Shown in pieces: positions 1-12,454 of a stretch of 64,000 nucleotides of DNA. The position numbers and the translations under genes were made by a program. This DNA is from Azolla caroliniana. Lineage: Eukaryota > Plantae > Polypodiophyta. Location: assembly GCA_043228905.1 (NCBI GenBank), contig JBHGNT010000021.1, positions 12,958,001 to 13,022,000 on the forward strand, written 5' to 3'. How positions within the stretch are numbered: the stretch's first letter is position 1; each line of letters begins with the position of its first letter. Under the pieces are notes generated by a model. The model was given only the letters and a program-made list of their open reading frames with translations, did no database searches and was not told where the DNA came from.

Positions 1-340
1 TACACTGTAATTTTCCTTTGTTTCTTTCACCTTGTTCTTAGAAGGATCTTTTTCTGAGTAGGTTATGTATTCCATGACAGGTGATCATAGCCATACCTCG
101 AACCATCTGATAGGATGCTGATTTATATGCCTTATGCAAGACATCTTTGCCATGACAAATATTCTTTTCATCTGAGGAAGCATTTGTATTTTGGTTTTGG
201 TCACCATTACAAATAGCAAAAAGATCAGAGAATATACTTGCAGCCATTGCGGTGTTTCTTATAGCTTCCCAATCAATAGGTATAACATCAGATTGATCTG
301 AAAGTTCCGTTAAACTCAACAAAAGCAGCATGGTATAAAA
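1..340 (-). pseudogene. DCL3: Dicer-like 3 fragment (platform/PAZ-flanking segment, PAZ core deleted), runs off the window edge
   Basis: Minus translation ..YTMLLLL..PIDWEAI..DVLHKAYKS..GMAMIT|CHGIHNLL resembles the DCL3 motifs MYLLLP..IDW, IHLAN..VVxxHTG and SHxAHNLL. Frameshifted, no introns visible. Confidence 0.6.
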
Positions 341-2004
341 TGCGTCATTTTGGCCCGCAGCATGCTGCAAGAGAAGAACATGCCCAAGATCTATTGGGCA
401 GAGGCAGCAGTTACAGATGTGTATCTCATCAATAGGTGCACGACCAAGGGTGTCCATGACATCACCCCTCACGAGAAGTATTTTGGGACAAAGCCAGACC
501 TTTCACACTTGAAGGTTTTTGGCAACATTGCATTTGTGCATGTACCCGAAGAGAAGCGGAGAAAGCTTGACCCAAAATTGGAGAAGATGATCCTCGTCAG
601 TTACTCACTTGAGAAAAAGGGTTATAAGTGTTTTAACCCCATCACTTGACAATAAAAGAGTAAGCCGAGATGTGGTATTTGATGAGGGGACATCATGGTA
701 TGGCCCGGCATCAGTGACCCCTGTCGTGTTCGAAACAAGCAAATTTGGAGCAGATTCTAAGAGTGAAGAAGAAGAGATGTTGATGACCATTATGGGTGGA
801 GAACCCGCAGAGAGTCTGCCCGCACTCCACCTGACTAGACCTGAGGTGTTGTCCAGCAATCAGAGTCTTCACAGCATGAAGAAACCTCTGATGTGGTGTC
901 ACCTTGGTGCTACACCCGTAGAAAGAAAAAAAGGGCAAGAGGCCAAGGCACGACATCCGGTGAAGACTCAGATCATTCACCCCAATTGGTCGACAAGTAT
1001 GAAATGAAGAAGGCCCCGGTGGTTACCAAAGGAAAACTCCGTCAATCGAACCGACAAAAGAACCCGATAGGTGCAGGTACAATGAGTACATGGCGCACCA
1101 CTATGCATTCATGATGAAGGTCACAATAGACCAAGAACCCGAGACTTACAAAGAAGCTGCCCAAGATCCCTGTTGGATCGACGCAATGAGGGAGGATATG
1201 CGCACTTTGTTTGACAACGTTACTTGGGATTTAGTCCCATCCTCTGAAATGAAGAAAAAGCAAATTGGTTGCCGCTGGGTGTTCAAGATAAAGCATAATA
1301 CGGATGGCACGGTCAATCGGTTCAAGGCTCGGCTAGTCGCCAAGGGGTATGCTCAAACCCAAGGCATAGATTATGAGGAAACATTTACCCCAGTGGCAAA
1401 AATGACCGCCATGAGGATGGTAATTGCACTCGCAGCAACAAAAGGGTGGCACTTGCATCAAATGGATGTGAAGAACGCATTCCTCCAAGGTGAGCTCAAG
1501 GAGAAGGTTTACATGATGCAACCCCTTGGCTTCGAATCGAGCAGACATCCACATGTAGTTTGCCAATTGAAGAAGCCACTCTATGGACTGAAGTAAGCCC
1601 CAAGAGCATGGCATTCAAAGATCACATCATATCTTCACGACATTGGCTTCCAAATGTCAAAATCTGATAACTCGTTGTATATCCGGAACAATCCCAAAAG
1701 CCCTATCTTCTTAATCTTGTATGTCGATGACTTTGTCATCGGTGGAGAAAGCCTCACCGAGACACAAAAGATTAAAAAGCTGCTTTTACAGAAGTTCGAG
1801 ATCAAGGATCTAAATGACTTACATTATTTTCTCGGCATCAAGGTCATTCAAACTCCAGAAGGGTTTCTACTCTCACAACACTATGTGTTGAACTTGCCCT
1901 ACAAGTTCGGAATGACCAAGTGTAAGTCCATCTCGACACCCCTTGATCGAAATATGAAGCTAACTGCAGATTCTGGCAAATTTTGCGAGCCGACACAATA
2001 TCGT

Positions 2005-2680
2005 TGTCGTAGTGTACTTCGTACACTACATGAAATATGTACTGGGTACCCAATTAAATAAATATAAACAAATAGAAGAAAATACTAAAATATATGTTAC
2101 ATGCATATATGTACCTCCATGTAAACAAACCCAAACCTTACCATTGTACCAACTCATCATGAGTGATATAATTATGGATTTAATATCTAGAAAAGTTATT
2201 CTTAAAGTATAAATTCGAGAAAAAGCTACTCATGCACATCTAGCGTGCATGAGCATTATAATTAGAATAAAAAAGCATAACAGAAAAAGCTATTCATGCA
2301 TGTCTAGTGTGCATGATGCTTGCCATGTGGTAAGCTATACTTAGCCTCTCCCATCACTATATAAGGAGAGGAGAAGGATTTATTGGTGTTTGGATTTTTT
2401 GCTATAAGGGTTGATTAATACATTATACACGTGAGATTCACGAGTTTTTGATCACTTTTCTCAATCTACTCTAATCTATTCTAAACTATTCCAACTTATT
2501 ACTAGGATTTTAAATATTAAGTAAAACTAATTCACTACTTGTGGGATTCACAAGTTTCTATCTCTCTTTCTTACAATCTATTCATATTCTTATTTGCCTC
2601 AAATTCTTCATCCTCCTAGTCCAAAACCTCGGCAATTCCCACCCGACTCACGCAACAATCCGGCGCCGAAAGGCACGACA
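2005..2680 (+). mobile_element. Solo LTR inserted in the RT of Copia A
   Basis: TGTCGT...ACGACA termini. Splits the RT peptide EPTQYR|QII. TATA-like CTATATAAGG near 2358. Flanks TCGT/TTGC fit a CpG-decayed short TSD. Confidence 0.8.
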
Positions 2681-3708
2681 TTGCCAAATAATCAAGAGTC
2701 TTATCTACTTAACTATCACCCGACCAAACCTCAACTATCCGATCGGGCTTCTCAGCCAGTTCATGCAAACCCCGCGCAACACTCACATGGATTATGCTAA
2801 GCGAGTGTTACGCTATGTTAGTGGAACACTTGATTATGGTATCTTCTATAAGCATGGAGTACCACTTCAACTCGAAGGCTTCACGAATGCTAATTGGGTG
2901 GGCAATGCATCTGATAGGCGATCCATTTTGAGATTTATGTTTTCACTCGGTAGTGGAGCAATCTCATGGAGCAGCAAGAAACAACCAACAGTCGCTCTAT
3001 CGCGCACTGAGGCGGAGTATAAGGCTGCAATTGTAGCTGCTTGCAAAGTTGTATGGCTTAAAAGACTGTTGAAAGACTTCAACAAATTGGTGAACAAGCC
3101 AATACTGATCCACTGCGATAATCTCAATAGCATCCAGCTCGCAAAGAATCCGGTGTTTCACGCCCGGACTAAGCACATCGAGGTGCACTATCATTACATC
3201 CATGAGCACATATTGGTTGGCGACATTGACCTCCAATACATTGGCACCAACGTGCAAGTGGCTGATATTTTCACTAAGCCACTAGGTCTCGACAAGCTAC
3301 AGCAATTCTTAGTGGATCTAGGCCTTAGACCACTCGATATGCGGAACTTGGGGGAGAGTACAAGTACAAAGAGAAACGAAAACATGGAGAATCAGCACCA
3401 TACAAGAGGAAGAGTGAGACCGGCATCGACAAAGTAAGGCCGGGACATCTAATCCGACTTGACCCGACAAGTTAGAGGAAGACTTTCCAAAGCCCGGAAT
3501 TTTTTAAGTTAGAGATAAACCTGCCTTGTCAACACCCTTGACAAGCTCAAAATTTTGGATCGACAAGATCAACATTGCTAGATCAAGATCGGGTACATAG
3601 GAACAATGGGAAAACCACGGTCTAGTAGTCCAACAAACTGCAATCGAATCTTCAACTACACCAAGACAACCAAGCTTAAGAGGACACACAATTGACCTTG
3701 AGGGGGCG

Positions 3709-4176
3709 TGTTGAGAATCAAGCTCAACTTGTGTGAACATATGCTTATGAAGAAAAGGACGATGTGTGAAAAAGTGTGTGACCACACTTTATTGTAATCC
3801 GTGTGGTTGTCAAGTGTTAATGTGGTCAAAGAATATTAGATATTCCTGTGACAAAATCATACTCAAGTGGATATCTTGGTTAGATTCCACCAACACATTT
3901 AATATGACAGTCCCTTGAGGACTTGTATATAAAACCCCCTTTGCCCATTCTGTTTTGTTCATGATCTTTAGTTAATTAATGTAGCTCTCTTCTATGCATA
4001 AGTTGTCATCCCCCTACTGTGTATTTTCTTATTCTTTTCTAGTTATTCTCTCTGATTTCTTCTCTTGCTTATACACCCACTCTCTCTCACACACACACTA
4101 CACTTCTGAATACTCAACTCTACTAGAGTTAGATTCTTTACAGGAGCGAACCAGGCCCCTGCTGGTCCCGTCAACA
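3709..4176 (+). repeat. 3' LTR of Copia A
   Basis: TGTTGA...TCAACA directly after the PPT, with internal TATATAAA. Confidence 0.9.
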
Positions 4177-4420
4177 ATGAACCCAAGAGACCGACCTAGT
4201 GGGAACCTGTGGCATAACAACAGGGCTGTAGGCGGATGATGGGGCGGATTTGATTAAAGAAATCGCATAGTCATGAGAGTGTTCCATCGAACTTATCGGG
4301 AAGGCTGACCTTGGGTTCATAATAGAGTTCTTGGTATGGTGGCAATGGGTTGAGTGTGATGGTTGGGGTAACCGAGGATGTGGCAAACTAAAGCTCAAGT
4401 AAAGAGGGGAGTCAATATTC
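4177..4420 (-). mobile_element. Ty3/Gypsy (chromovirus, Tcn1-like) gag fragment
   Basis: Minus translation EPKVSLPDKFDGTLS*LCDFFNQIRPIIRLQP..VGLLGS matches the typical gag N-terminal motif LPDKFDG..F.NQ.RL. Confidence 0.7.
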
Positions 4421-4433
4421 AAACATTGCTTTA

Positions 4434-6157
4434 TTGTTTGAAACTGGCATTGATGGCGATATATTGAACCCTCAAATTCCTCTTTATTTGACGAATGATA
4501 GAACTGTAACTGCAGGAATATATGCATCTGGCACCTACTCTTTGAATTCTAGTCAACTTCAAGAGGCGAAGACATATCAGCATTTGATATTCAATGGAAT
4601 GCTTGGAAGATTGATTTCAGCTGCAAAGTTGAGGGATAAGATTGCAAAAGAATTTCATGAATACTTTCTTATTCAGCCTTCACTTGCGATGGAGGCTCTC
4701 ACGACTCGGAGTTGCTTGGAGTCCTTCTCATCTGAAGGATTGGAATTGTTGGTTGATTCTTTCTTAAAATATGCAACTAGCCGGTACCTTTATCTTGTGT
4801 TTGATAAGAAACACAAAGGGCAATTGGTTGCAAGGAGATGTAGGCTAATTTGTAATGAGAATCTTCATAATCTAGTTATGAAAAGGCAATTGAGTGGACA
4901 CATATGAGACGAGCCATTCTAGCTTGATTATTGGTATGTTCCCGAAATGCTCTGTGCTTAGTCAATTCCATGCAAATGCAACTAAGGGAACTTGTCATGG
5001 AAAAATGAACATCATTAAGAGGAGGAAAAAAGTAACAAAGTTTATCAAATTGGAAAGAGTTGTGGTAAAGGACATCGATGGATTTGCACCAAAACTGTTT
5101 CTAATACAATATATGTTTTGATTGGAGTCTTTGTAGTTTCTGGTGGTGTAGGCCCTGCAGTGGGCTTTATGAAGTGGATTGGCCTTGAGATAAATTTCAA
5201 CCAGTCCTTGTATGAAATGGCAAGGAACAGATGCAATAAATATTCATCAGACAAGTTTGGACAATGTGAATATTTCTGGTCTAGAAGCAAAACTAGGCTA
5301 CGAATTTGGCAATAAATCACTCCTTGTTGAGGCATTAACACACGCCTCACATCATGATCTGCATGGAGGATGGTGCTATCAATTCTTAGAATTTCTTGGT
5401 GATATTGTGCTTGATTTTCTCACCATGCGCCATCTTTTCTTTGCTCACCCTGGCCTTTCTCCAAGTGTCCTCTTGGACCTTTGTTCAGCAAATATGAATA
5501 ACCATTGCTTTTCTCGAGCCATAATCAAACACAACCTTCAAAGATATTTGCGCCATGCATAATCAGAGTTGCTCTCTTGAATCACAAATTTTGTTAGGGC
5601 TACTCAAGCCTCTACAATACAAGGTGACCATGTGTTTGGTTGGGAAGGTGTTGAAGGTGTTTGGTCCAAAAGTTCTTGGAGACTTTTTTGAGAGTACTGT
5701 TGGAGCAATATTAGTGGACAATGGATTCGATTTGGAACAAGTATGGAGTGTGATGGAACGGTTATTATCTCCATTAATAACACCCTTGACTTTGCATCTC
5801 CATCCCATTAGAGAATTTCAAGAGTTGAGCCAATTAAGGCAAATACCATTCCAATAGAAGGTAGAAAGACATGGTTCAAAGTCAATAGCTACGCTTGAAG
5901 TGTGGCTTGGTAGTGAGGTGTTCATAAAGATCAGCTCAACAGGAGTTAAGAAGATAGCCAAAAATTATGCTGCACAAGAGGCTCTCTCCCTTTCAACTAC
6001 TAAGGGAATAATTCATCCCTATAGGTTAGAACAGTCTAGAACCGATTGTGATTGTGACACTCTAATCAACAACATTAATGCCAGTGACGTATATGATGCT
6101 GACGGAAGCCAGAATCATAAAATGCCTGCTTTAGAAGATGGTGAGGAAAGTAACTAA
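4434..6157 (+). pseudogene. DCL3: Processed (intronless) Dicer-like 3 pseudogene: RNase IIIa, RNase IIIb, dsRBD
   Basis: EALTTRSCLESFSSEGLELLVDSFLKY (RIIIa); LEAKLGYEFGNKSLLVEALTHAS..YQFLEFLGD and GPKVLGDFFES..GAILVD (RIIIb); LHPIREFQEL..KKIAKNYAA (dsRBD). Several frameshifts and stops, no introns. Coding-like sequence may resume at about 7440-7690. Confidence 0.85.
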
Positions 6158-6394
6158 AAAGATAATATAGCTTCTGACCTTGGTGGTGGTTGTAATTAGC
6201 AATGGGCCCGATTCGGTTCGGTTTCTTGCCCGTGAAACCAAACCAAACCATTTATTAATAATAAAAACCAAACCAAACCGTTTAAAATTTATGAAACCAT
6301 TTAAACCAAATTGTTTACAAAAAATTTAAAACCAAACCAAACCATTTTTTATTGATATTAATTATCATATTTATTATAAATTTGTGTGAGAAAA

Positions 6395-6512
6395 TCATCA
6401 TAAATTTATTTATCATACTTATCATAAATTTTGTCATCATACTTATCATAAATTTTGTCATCATACTGATCATAAATTTTATCATCATACTTATCGTATT
6501 TGATCATCATAA
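6395..6512. repeat. Tandem ~25-bp repeat (TCATCATACTTATCATAAATTTTG)
   Basis: About 4 imperfect copies seen directly. Confidence 0.8.
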
Positions 6513-6523
6513 ATGAAAAAGGA

Positions 6524-7146
6524 TGTTAGATATAATCAATGATCAGCCTGAAATTGTAAATCTATCCCCATATGTGCTCTTAGAGTGCACATTTTGTGAT
6601 AGTACCCCAAATGAGGAGTGGCTAGTGTGCAACTCGACCATATGGGTTGATAAGGTGTTAATCTAGGAAACCGTAGATGTGTAGGACACAATGTATTTAG
6701 GAAAGAGCAAAATAGGTAATAGGATTGGCTAATCAAGTCAACTAGAATATTTTGTGGGCAAGTTACGATGTACTTAGTCTTGAAGTATGTGCCATTGACT
6801 CAAGATAAGTACTATCTAGCACTAGCCTATATCTAGGGAATTGGGTCATATTAAATGACAAGTCAGTTGACAAAAAAGGAATATCTCCACTACTATCAAC
6901 TGACTTCACATTTAATGTTATACTCAGACCAAACATAGAATATAATCCACTTTCTTACACAATGGTTGGATTGATCATGAGTCCCCACTAATTTTGTAGT
7001 GAGCTGGTCCAGATCCCATCTAAGCTCTAAGGTGTGAGCGCATGGGTGAGCTACTCTCATATGTAATAGAAGTTTTGTTTTCATATATCCATCTCTGTGG
7101 TTGTAACTCTATATACCTATCTAATCGATTCTCAATATTTCTAACA
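6524..7146. mobile_element. Solo LTR nested in the MITE
   Basis: TGTTAGA...TCTAACA termini. Perfect 5-bp TSD AAGGA at 6519-6523 and 7147-7151. Confidence 0.92.
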
Positions 7147-8503
7147 AAGGAGACTCTACATATAATGCATATAAATTTTAATAAGTTATAACTAGAGTTT
7201 AAAATTAAAAGTTGAAAGTTAGAGCCTATAGGGAAAATTTATGAGTATTTTTTAACCTATAAACCTATAAACCTTTAAACCGAACCACATAAACAAAAAC
7301 CGATAAGCCGATAAACCGCTAAACCGCTAAATTCAAAACCGAACCGAAACCAATTAGTAACATTTGAAACCAAACCAAACCATTTATTTATCTTCGAACC
7401 TATAAACCGTTAAGCCACGGCTTTTCGGTTCGGTTCGGTATGCCAATGAAGAGAGTAATTCAATGTGTAATAATAAGATCCAAATGTTAGGAAAGCATGT
7501 GATTGCGGGTGAACTTGATGAAATAAGGAACATAGCCTCATTTAAAGATTATTATAACACCACAGAACCTAGAAACCATGCATTTGATGGTGGAGAAGAT
7601 GGTTCTGATGTAACAAAGAAGAGAGCTATTCTGATATGAGCACTCTTGAAGTGCAGTGCTCAAAAGACAACAAAGCTTTAGTGCTTGCAAAACAATGTTG
7701 GGTTGTCCCCTCCTACACGGAGGAAGAGGTCCAAAGATTTAATCGGGTCGATGATTTCCCACATTAATATGTGGATATGTATATTTTAATGGGTTCAACT
7801 TTATGTAGAAAAAGGGCCCAAATAAAGCTTCCATTTATAGGTTCTTCTTATGGGTAATAAGGGGTTTTCTAGAAACATAACCTTTATTATTACTATTTTC
7901 TGTTTTTGGGAGATATACTGAAAAAAACGTGCAGCAAGAAAATAGAGAGAGATAGAAGATAGTGGTGAGACCAGCCACTATTTCTGCCCCGATCGATGAC
8001 CAAAGAAAACTTCTCTCAAAAAGACCATTTACCTATACATTTTAGCAAAGGTATTTGGGGTTTTTTCTTGCAAGCACATGGGAAGAAAACACTACATAGG
8101 AAACCAAGAGACTGATACCTTGCAATGTAGAATCAGCCTGGTTTTCTTGGAAGAGATGATTGAGAGTCTCACTTCGAAAGAGAGAGGAGAGAAGCTTGAT
8201 GAGCAACTTGAGAAGTCGGATCCAACATCTTGCAGACCAGTGGAGAGAGAGAGAGGGCCAGTTCTCTGTCACTAACCGAGCCAAGCCAGCGCCTCGTACT
8301 CCATGCCGATACAGAAGGAGGAGACAGAGATGGAGACGAGATGGAGGTGGAGGTGGAGATGAAGATAGCTGAGGAGGAGGAACAAGAGCCATTTGTGAAA
8401 TGAAAAGATTTTCCTGTTTTCTGGTGGTAATGCACACATTCTCAAAGTTACTTTCTGACCAGTGGTATTATTTAGTTTCCCCTAATATATATAGATTGTT
8501 TAC

Positions 8504-10336
8504 CTGCTCTTCAACTAGAGCCATTTGGATAAAGCACTGAGTAAGCTGCAATTGCCCATTTACTGACAGCATCTACAACATCTTTTTCACTGGAGACGCT
8601 AGGTTTCCTCTCAATTACTATGACATCACCATCACGTACAGCTGTATCAGATGATATTGTAGCCAAGTTATCCTTCGAAATGTGGTTGTGAGGGATATCA
8701 GCAATGAGCAATCCATTCGAATCTTGTTCAACGTTAACAGATTATAAGCCAGCTGATCTTGCTGACAACCCAGCCAGCATTTCTATTGGCATCGGTGGAT
8801 AAGTCAAGTCTATGGTGAAACCCGCATTCCCACCTGGACCTGCTGAAATGCCTCTGCATCTCTTCACCTTCCAATGCTGCTGATGCCTAGCTAGCGTTTA
8901 GATAATTCAGTACAGAAATGAATAGTGTTAACTTTATTGGGTAAGGAATGAAATTCATTCCAACTCTGCAGTAATATACCTCATAAGGGCTCCATAAAAT
9001 ATGGCTTCTCTATTAACGTGTTGCTCCAATGCTTTTGCAGTTTGTTTCAAATATTTTCCAATTATCTGGAGACAAATAGAAGCAATGAACAGTGAATCTA
9101 GGTAAAAAATGCCCATTACAACCATCATAATAACAAATATAATATACTTATGTGGAGTATAAAGCTATATGGCTGTATAGTTATATGGAATACATAGTAC
9201 ATTATATAGTGTATGTAGCTATATATAGTTCTATAGAGTATGTCGCTACATGTGTACAGACTATGTCACTACATAGTTGCATAGGTGATGTTATCGTGAT
9301 GATCAGAACAGACCTGACTGAAGATAGGAAGGGAGTTTTTATGAGAATTGATAATAAAAAAATTGAAATGAAAACACCAACCTTTACATTTTCAATATAA
9401 TTCCAGTCATAGTGATACGAGATGTTTTCCCATGTTCATAAAATAAACAAGCAAAATAGGTTCACCCAAATGGAAGGGAAGGAGATGCTGACCGAAAACT
9501 ACCAAACAAAATCCACTGCAACAGCTGGCCACTAGAAAAAGCCTCTGGTTCTTGTAATAGTAGCAATCTCCCATGGAAGGATAATGAAATGGGGAATGTT
9601 CATCCTTCACCACTGTTAATTTCGAATTTTGTTCGGCTTTTACAGACAGAATGGAACTTATCGAGAAACACAAAAGGACATAATACAAAAACATATTGCC
9701 GAACTTTCCTTCCCCCATTAACAACCTATCTCTTCCTTTGTCACATAGTTCACACAAAGGGCAGGCAAAGTTATAAAAGAAACAAATAAAGATTCTAAAA
9801 TATATAATTGTACAAGGCAGATTCAGAAAATATCCATTGTAGTGCAACTCACGAGGAGAGTAAATAATAACCAAAACACTGCATGTGTACATGTAATGTC
9901 TATAATCTATATTGATAAATACAGTGTACAGTGGATTCCAATACCTTAAAGCTACGCCGTTTCGAAGCTGCCCGCAATGGTAGCTCTGAGCAAGCCTCAT
10001 GTAATAACTGTTTTGGTTTCTGCATACTTGCCATTCAAAATTTTAAGCCATTCACAACCACAGTAGAATCAAAAGAAAGAAAGATACATTAACATCTTCT
10101 TAGAGACCAAAACAAGAGATTACATCTGAAAATGATGTCTTAACTTGGAAAACAACAAATATAAACACAAATAAATTAGTAAAGCATCGTGAAAGAGTGA
10201 TTCTCACATGAGTAATGAAGTCTAAAATATAAGAAAGTTCTTGTTGGGCCATTTGCAGATTCTCAACAAGTCCCTGCCATGGCCATTTTGAAGATTCCTG
10301 TGCAGCAGCTTCGTTGGTAGTTCTAGCTTTCTGTGC
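8504..10336 (-). pseudogene. MED17: Mediator subunit 17 fragment with introns (exons ~10336-10208, ~10035-9945, 9065-8980, 8886-8504)
   Basis: KWPWQGLVENLQMAQQELSYILDFI; ASMQKPKQLLHE..ASKRRSFK; IIGKYLKQTAKALEQHVNREAIFYGALMR; HQQHWKVKR..GFTIDL match the plant MED17 N-terminus. GT-AG borders, in-frame TAA at 8742-8744, 5' end missing. Confidence 0.8.
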
Positions 10337-11820
10337 TTAGTAAAGGAAGCCACGAAACAAATGGACAGATCAACCCTGGCACACATGTATATGATGCAAT
10401 GAGATAGAGACAGATTTTAATAGAGACAAATACTCCATCCAGAATGAATATACCCAAGCACCCATCGTAACCAAATATAGTGCATGCCATTAAGATCGAC
10501 AAAGTTTGTTAATGCTTTCATACATCACCATATGATGCTATCTACATATCTGGTGTTCCACCTATAGACTCGGCACCGAAGAAAAAAGGTTGGAACAAAC
10601 CCTCAAAATCTCTATAAGTGGATATCTTTACCTAGGGAGAAGTTCGCCACATGCACCTACCGCAACGAATACAGATCCAATAACTGAAGCCAAAATTATC
10701 ATTTCCACCACCCAATGGCTTCTACCCTCCGAATCGCCTGCAAGGTACAAAGCACCTTAAAAAAATATCATATTACCGAGAATTTCTTAAAGATCTGAAA
10801 TCAACAGAATTTTATCAATATCTGGGCTATTTTTTTAGAGTTGCACTTTTGGATTGTCAAGCAAGGGGACAGTTTTTTCTTGTTGGACATCTTGTGATGT
10901 CACATCGGATGGGAAAAGATTGGTGAAAGTAGGGATTGTCAAGGGTGGCATGGCATCAACAGGAATAAGAGGTGCATTGTCTGGGGGCATGTACCTAAGA
11001 ATGAGAATTGAGATCCCCGCGATAGCAAATGCAAGCAATGTGCCCACACTTACCTATTGCCAAAAAAAGTCGAATTGCCTCTAGTTTTATATAGAGATTC
11101 ATAATTATATGTAGTTTTACATAGAAACTTTGAAACCTTACAAAAACATGATAACAAAGACTATGAGAGCCACCTCCCACTACATTCATATTAGTTGTAT
11201 GTACAATTTTTCTAAAACGTTGTCTCCACTTGTTTTCATAATTTTGCATTTCCTCAGATATTAGCACACACTTGTTTCAGATCATCACTCTCTCAAATGC
11301 TACTAAATATGTACAAACTTGGATTTCCATGATTATTATTAGGGATTTTCAGACCATGAAACAACATCAAATTGATGTTTTCTAGGGTACTATTTAATTA
11401 ATTTAAGAGAATTAATCATTCAGAACTTTAACCCTTTTGGGTAAAGAATAGAACTATTTAATAGATTACAGAATTTTTAAAAGCATCAAACCTATGAAAA
11501 CATTCTCACTTTCAGGTAAACAAACAAAACTTTCAATTCAAATCTATTTTTATCTATTGTATCTTATAACTGGTTTATGTTATGTGAGGCAAGAATTTAA
11601 GGCATTTAGTATCTTCCTTTCATAATAGCGATGAAATCTTAGTTCGACCAGTATGGCTATAAAGATTTTTTTTCTCTTCTTACCATGCCCGACAAGTCAT
11701 CCACATCCATGAAAAAACACAAGATCATTGTGGCTAATCCCATCACGATTAGATCTTGCCATTAATGGGAACCCATGTGCTTTGGCTGATAATCTGAAAC
11801 AAACGTGGGAGTAGTCCATC
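10334..11820 (-). pseudogene. Partial duplicate of the cationic amino acid transporter gene (exons 9-13 with introns)
   Basis: Colinear with 30150-31405 at high identity in exons and introns. Breakpoints lie inside exons 9 and 13, and a deletion removes most of exon 12. Confidence 0.92.
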
Positions 11821-12454
11821 AGAATTAATGAGAAAAAGGGAATTCATCTGTCTGCCTACAATCAATAGGCACATAGACACACATACCAATTATGTGAACT
11901 GTGCACATCAACAGGAAAACATTTGTTTTAAAACCAAAGTAGTCTGGCTGGCTTCTAAGATTACAAATCATGTGTGTGAGAATCTAGGAGAACGAAAGAA
12001 AGAAATCTTATTACATCTTAAAATGTTGTCTCGACTTTGAGCGCACCAAACCAACCAAATGTAATTAAACTTGTCGATCTTCTGTGCAGGGAGAAGAGAG
12101 GGGGGGGGATGTGATTTCGAAATTCGAAATAGTTTGAAGATTGAAGAGAATGTTAGAGACTGCCAAGAGAGGAAGAATGTCATTGTTTTTTGGCCCTTAT
12201 TAAAACCCTAAGATTTAACTGATTTAATGAGCTATTCGCATAGTTTATATTACTTACACATAATGGGCTTAATCTTCATCATTGGAGCCCATGATGATAA
12301 TCATCAATGCTAATAATTAATAATAATCTATCATCATCTCATCATTTATGGGGTTCATAATGGGGTAATCATCAATGAAAATCATCATCATCATCATGGG
12401 CCCCACTATTCAAAACTTTCATCGTGCATTCGTTTGGGGCCACATTGTTATAGT

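Larger units (their letters stand above)
345..4176 (+). mobile_element. Ty1/Copia LTR retrotransposon A, 5'-truncated and degenerate (integrase C-term, RT, RNase H, PPT, 3' LTR)
   Basis: Integrase WAEAA..HLKVFG..KLDPK; RT RFKARLVAKG..QMDVKNAFL..LYVDD; RNase H ISWSSKKQ..FHARTKHIEV..ADIFTK. Stops and frameshifts. PPT GAGGGGGCG at 3700-3708. Confidence 0.95.
6197..7440. mobile_element. hAT-type MITE (TAGCAATGGGC family), right end damaged
   Basis: Begins TAGCAATGGGC like the intact copy at 15730, with AAACC/AAACCG subterminal repeats at both ends. Terminal TIR and TSD missing on the right. Confidence 0.75.

Noticed and set aside
2541-2680. Signal-peptide-like N-terminus on the RNase H ORF (possible env-like fusion)
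   Set aside because: It is read-through of the solo LTR 2005-2680 from a GTG start, a chance frame.
7696-8039. TGTTGGG...CA segment as a solo LTR or Pack-element TIR
   Set aside because: No TSD and no matching inverted copy near 12.2 kb could be found.
9407-10000. 197-aa minus-strand ORF
   Set aside because: Mostly MED17-fragment intron read in an unrelated frame; no recognisable domain.
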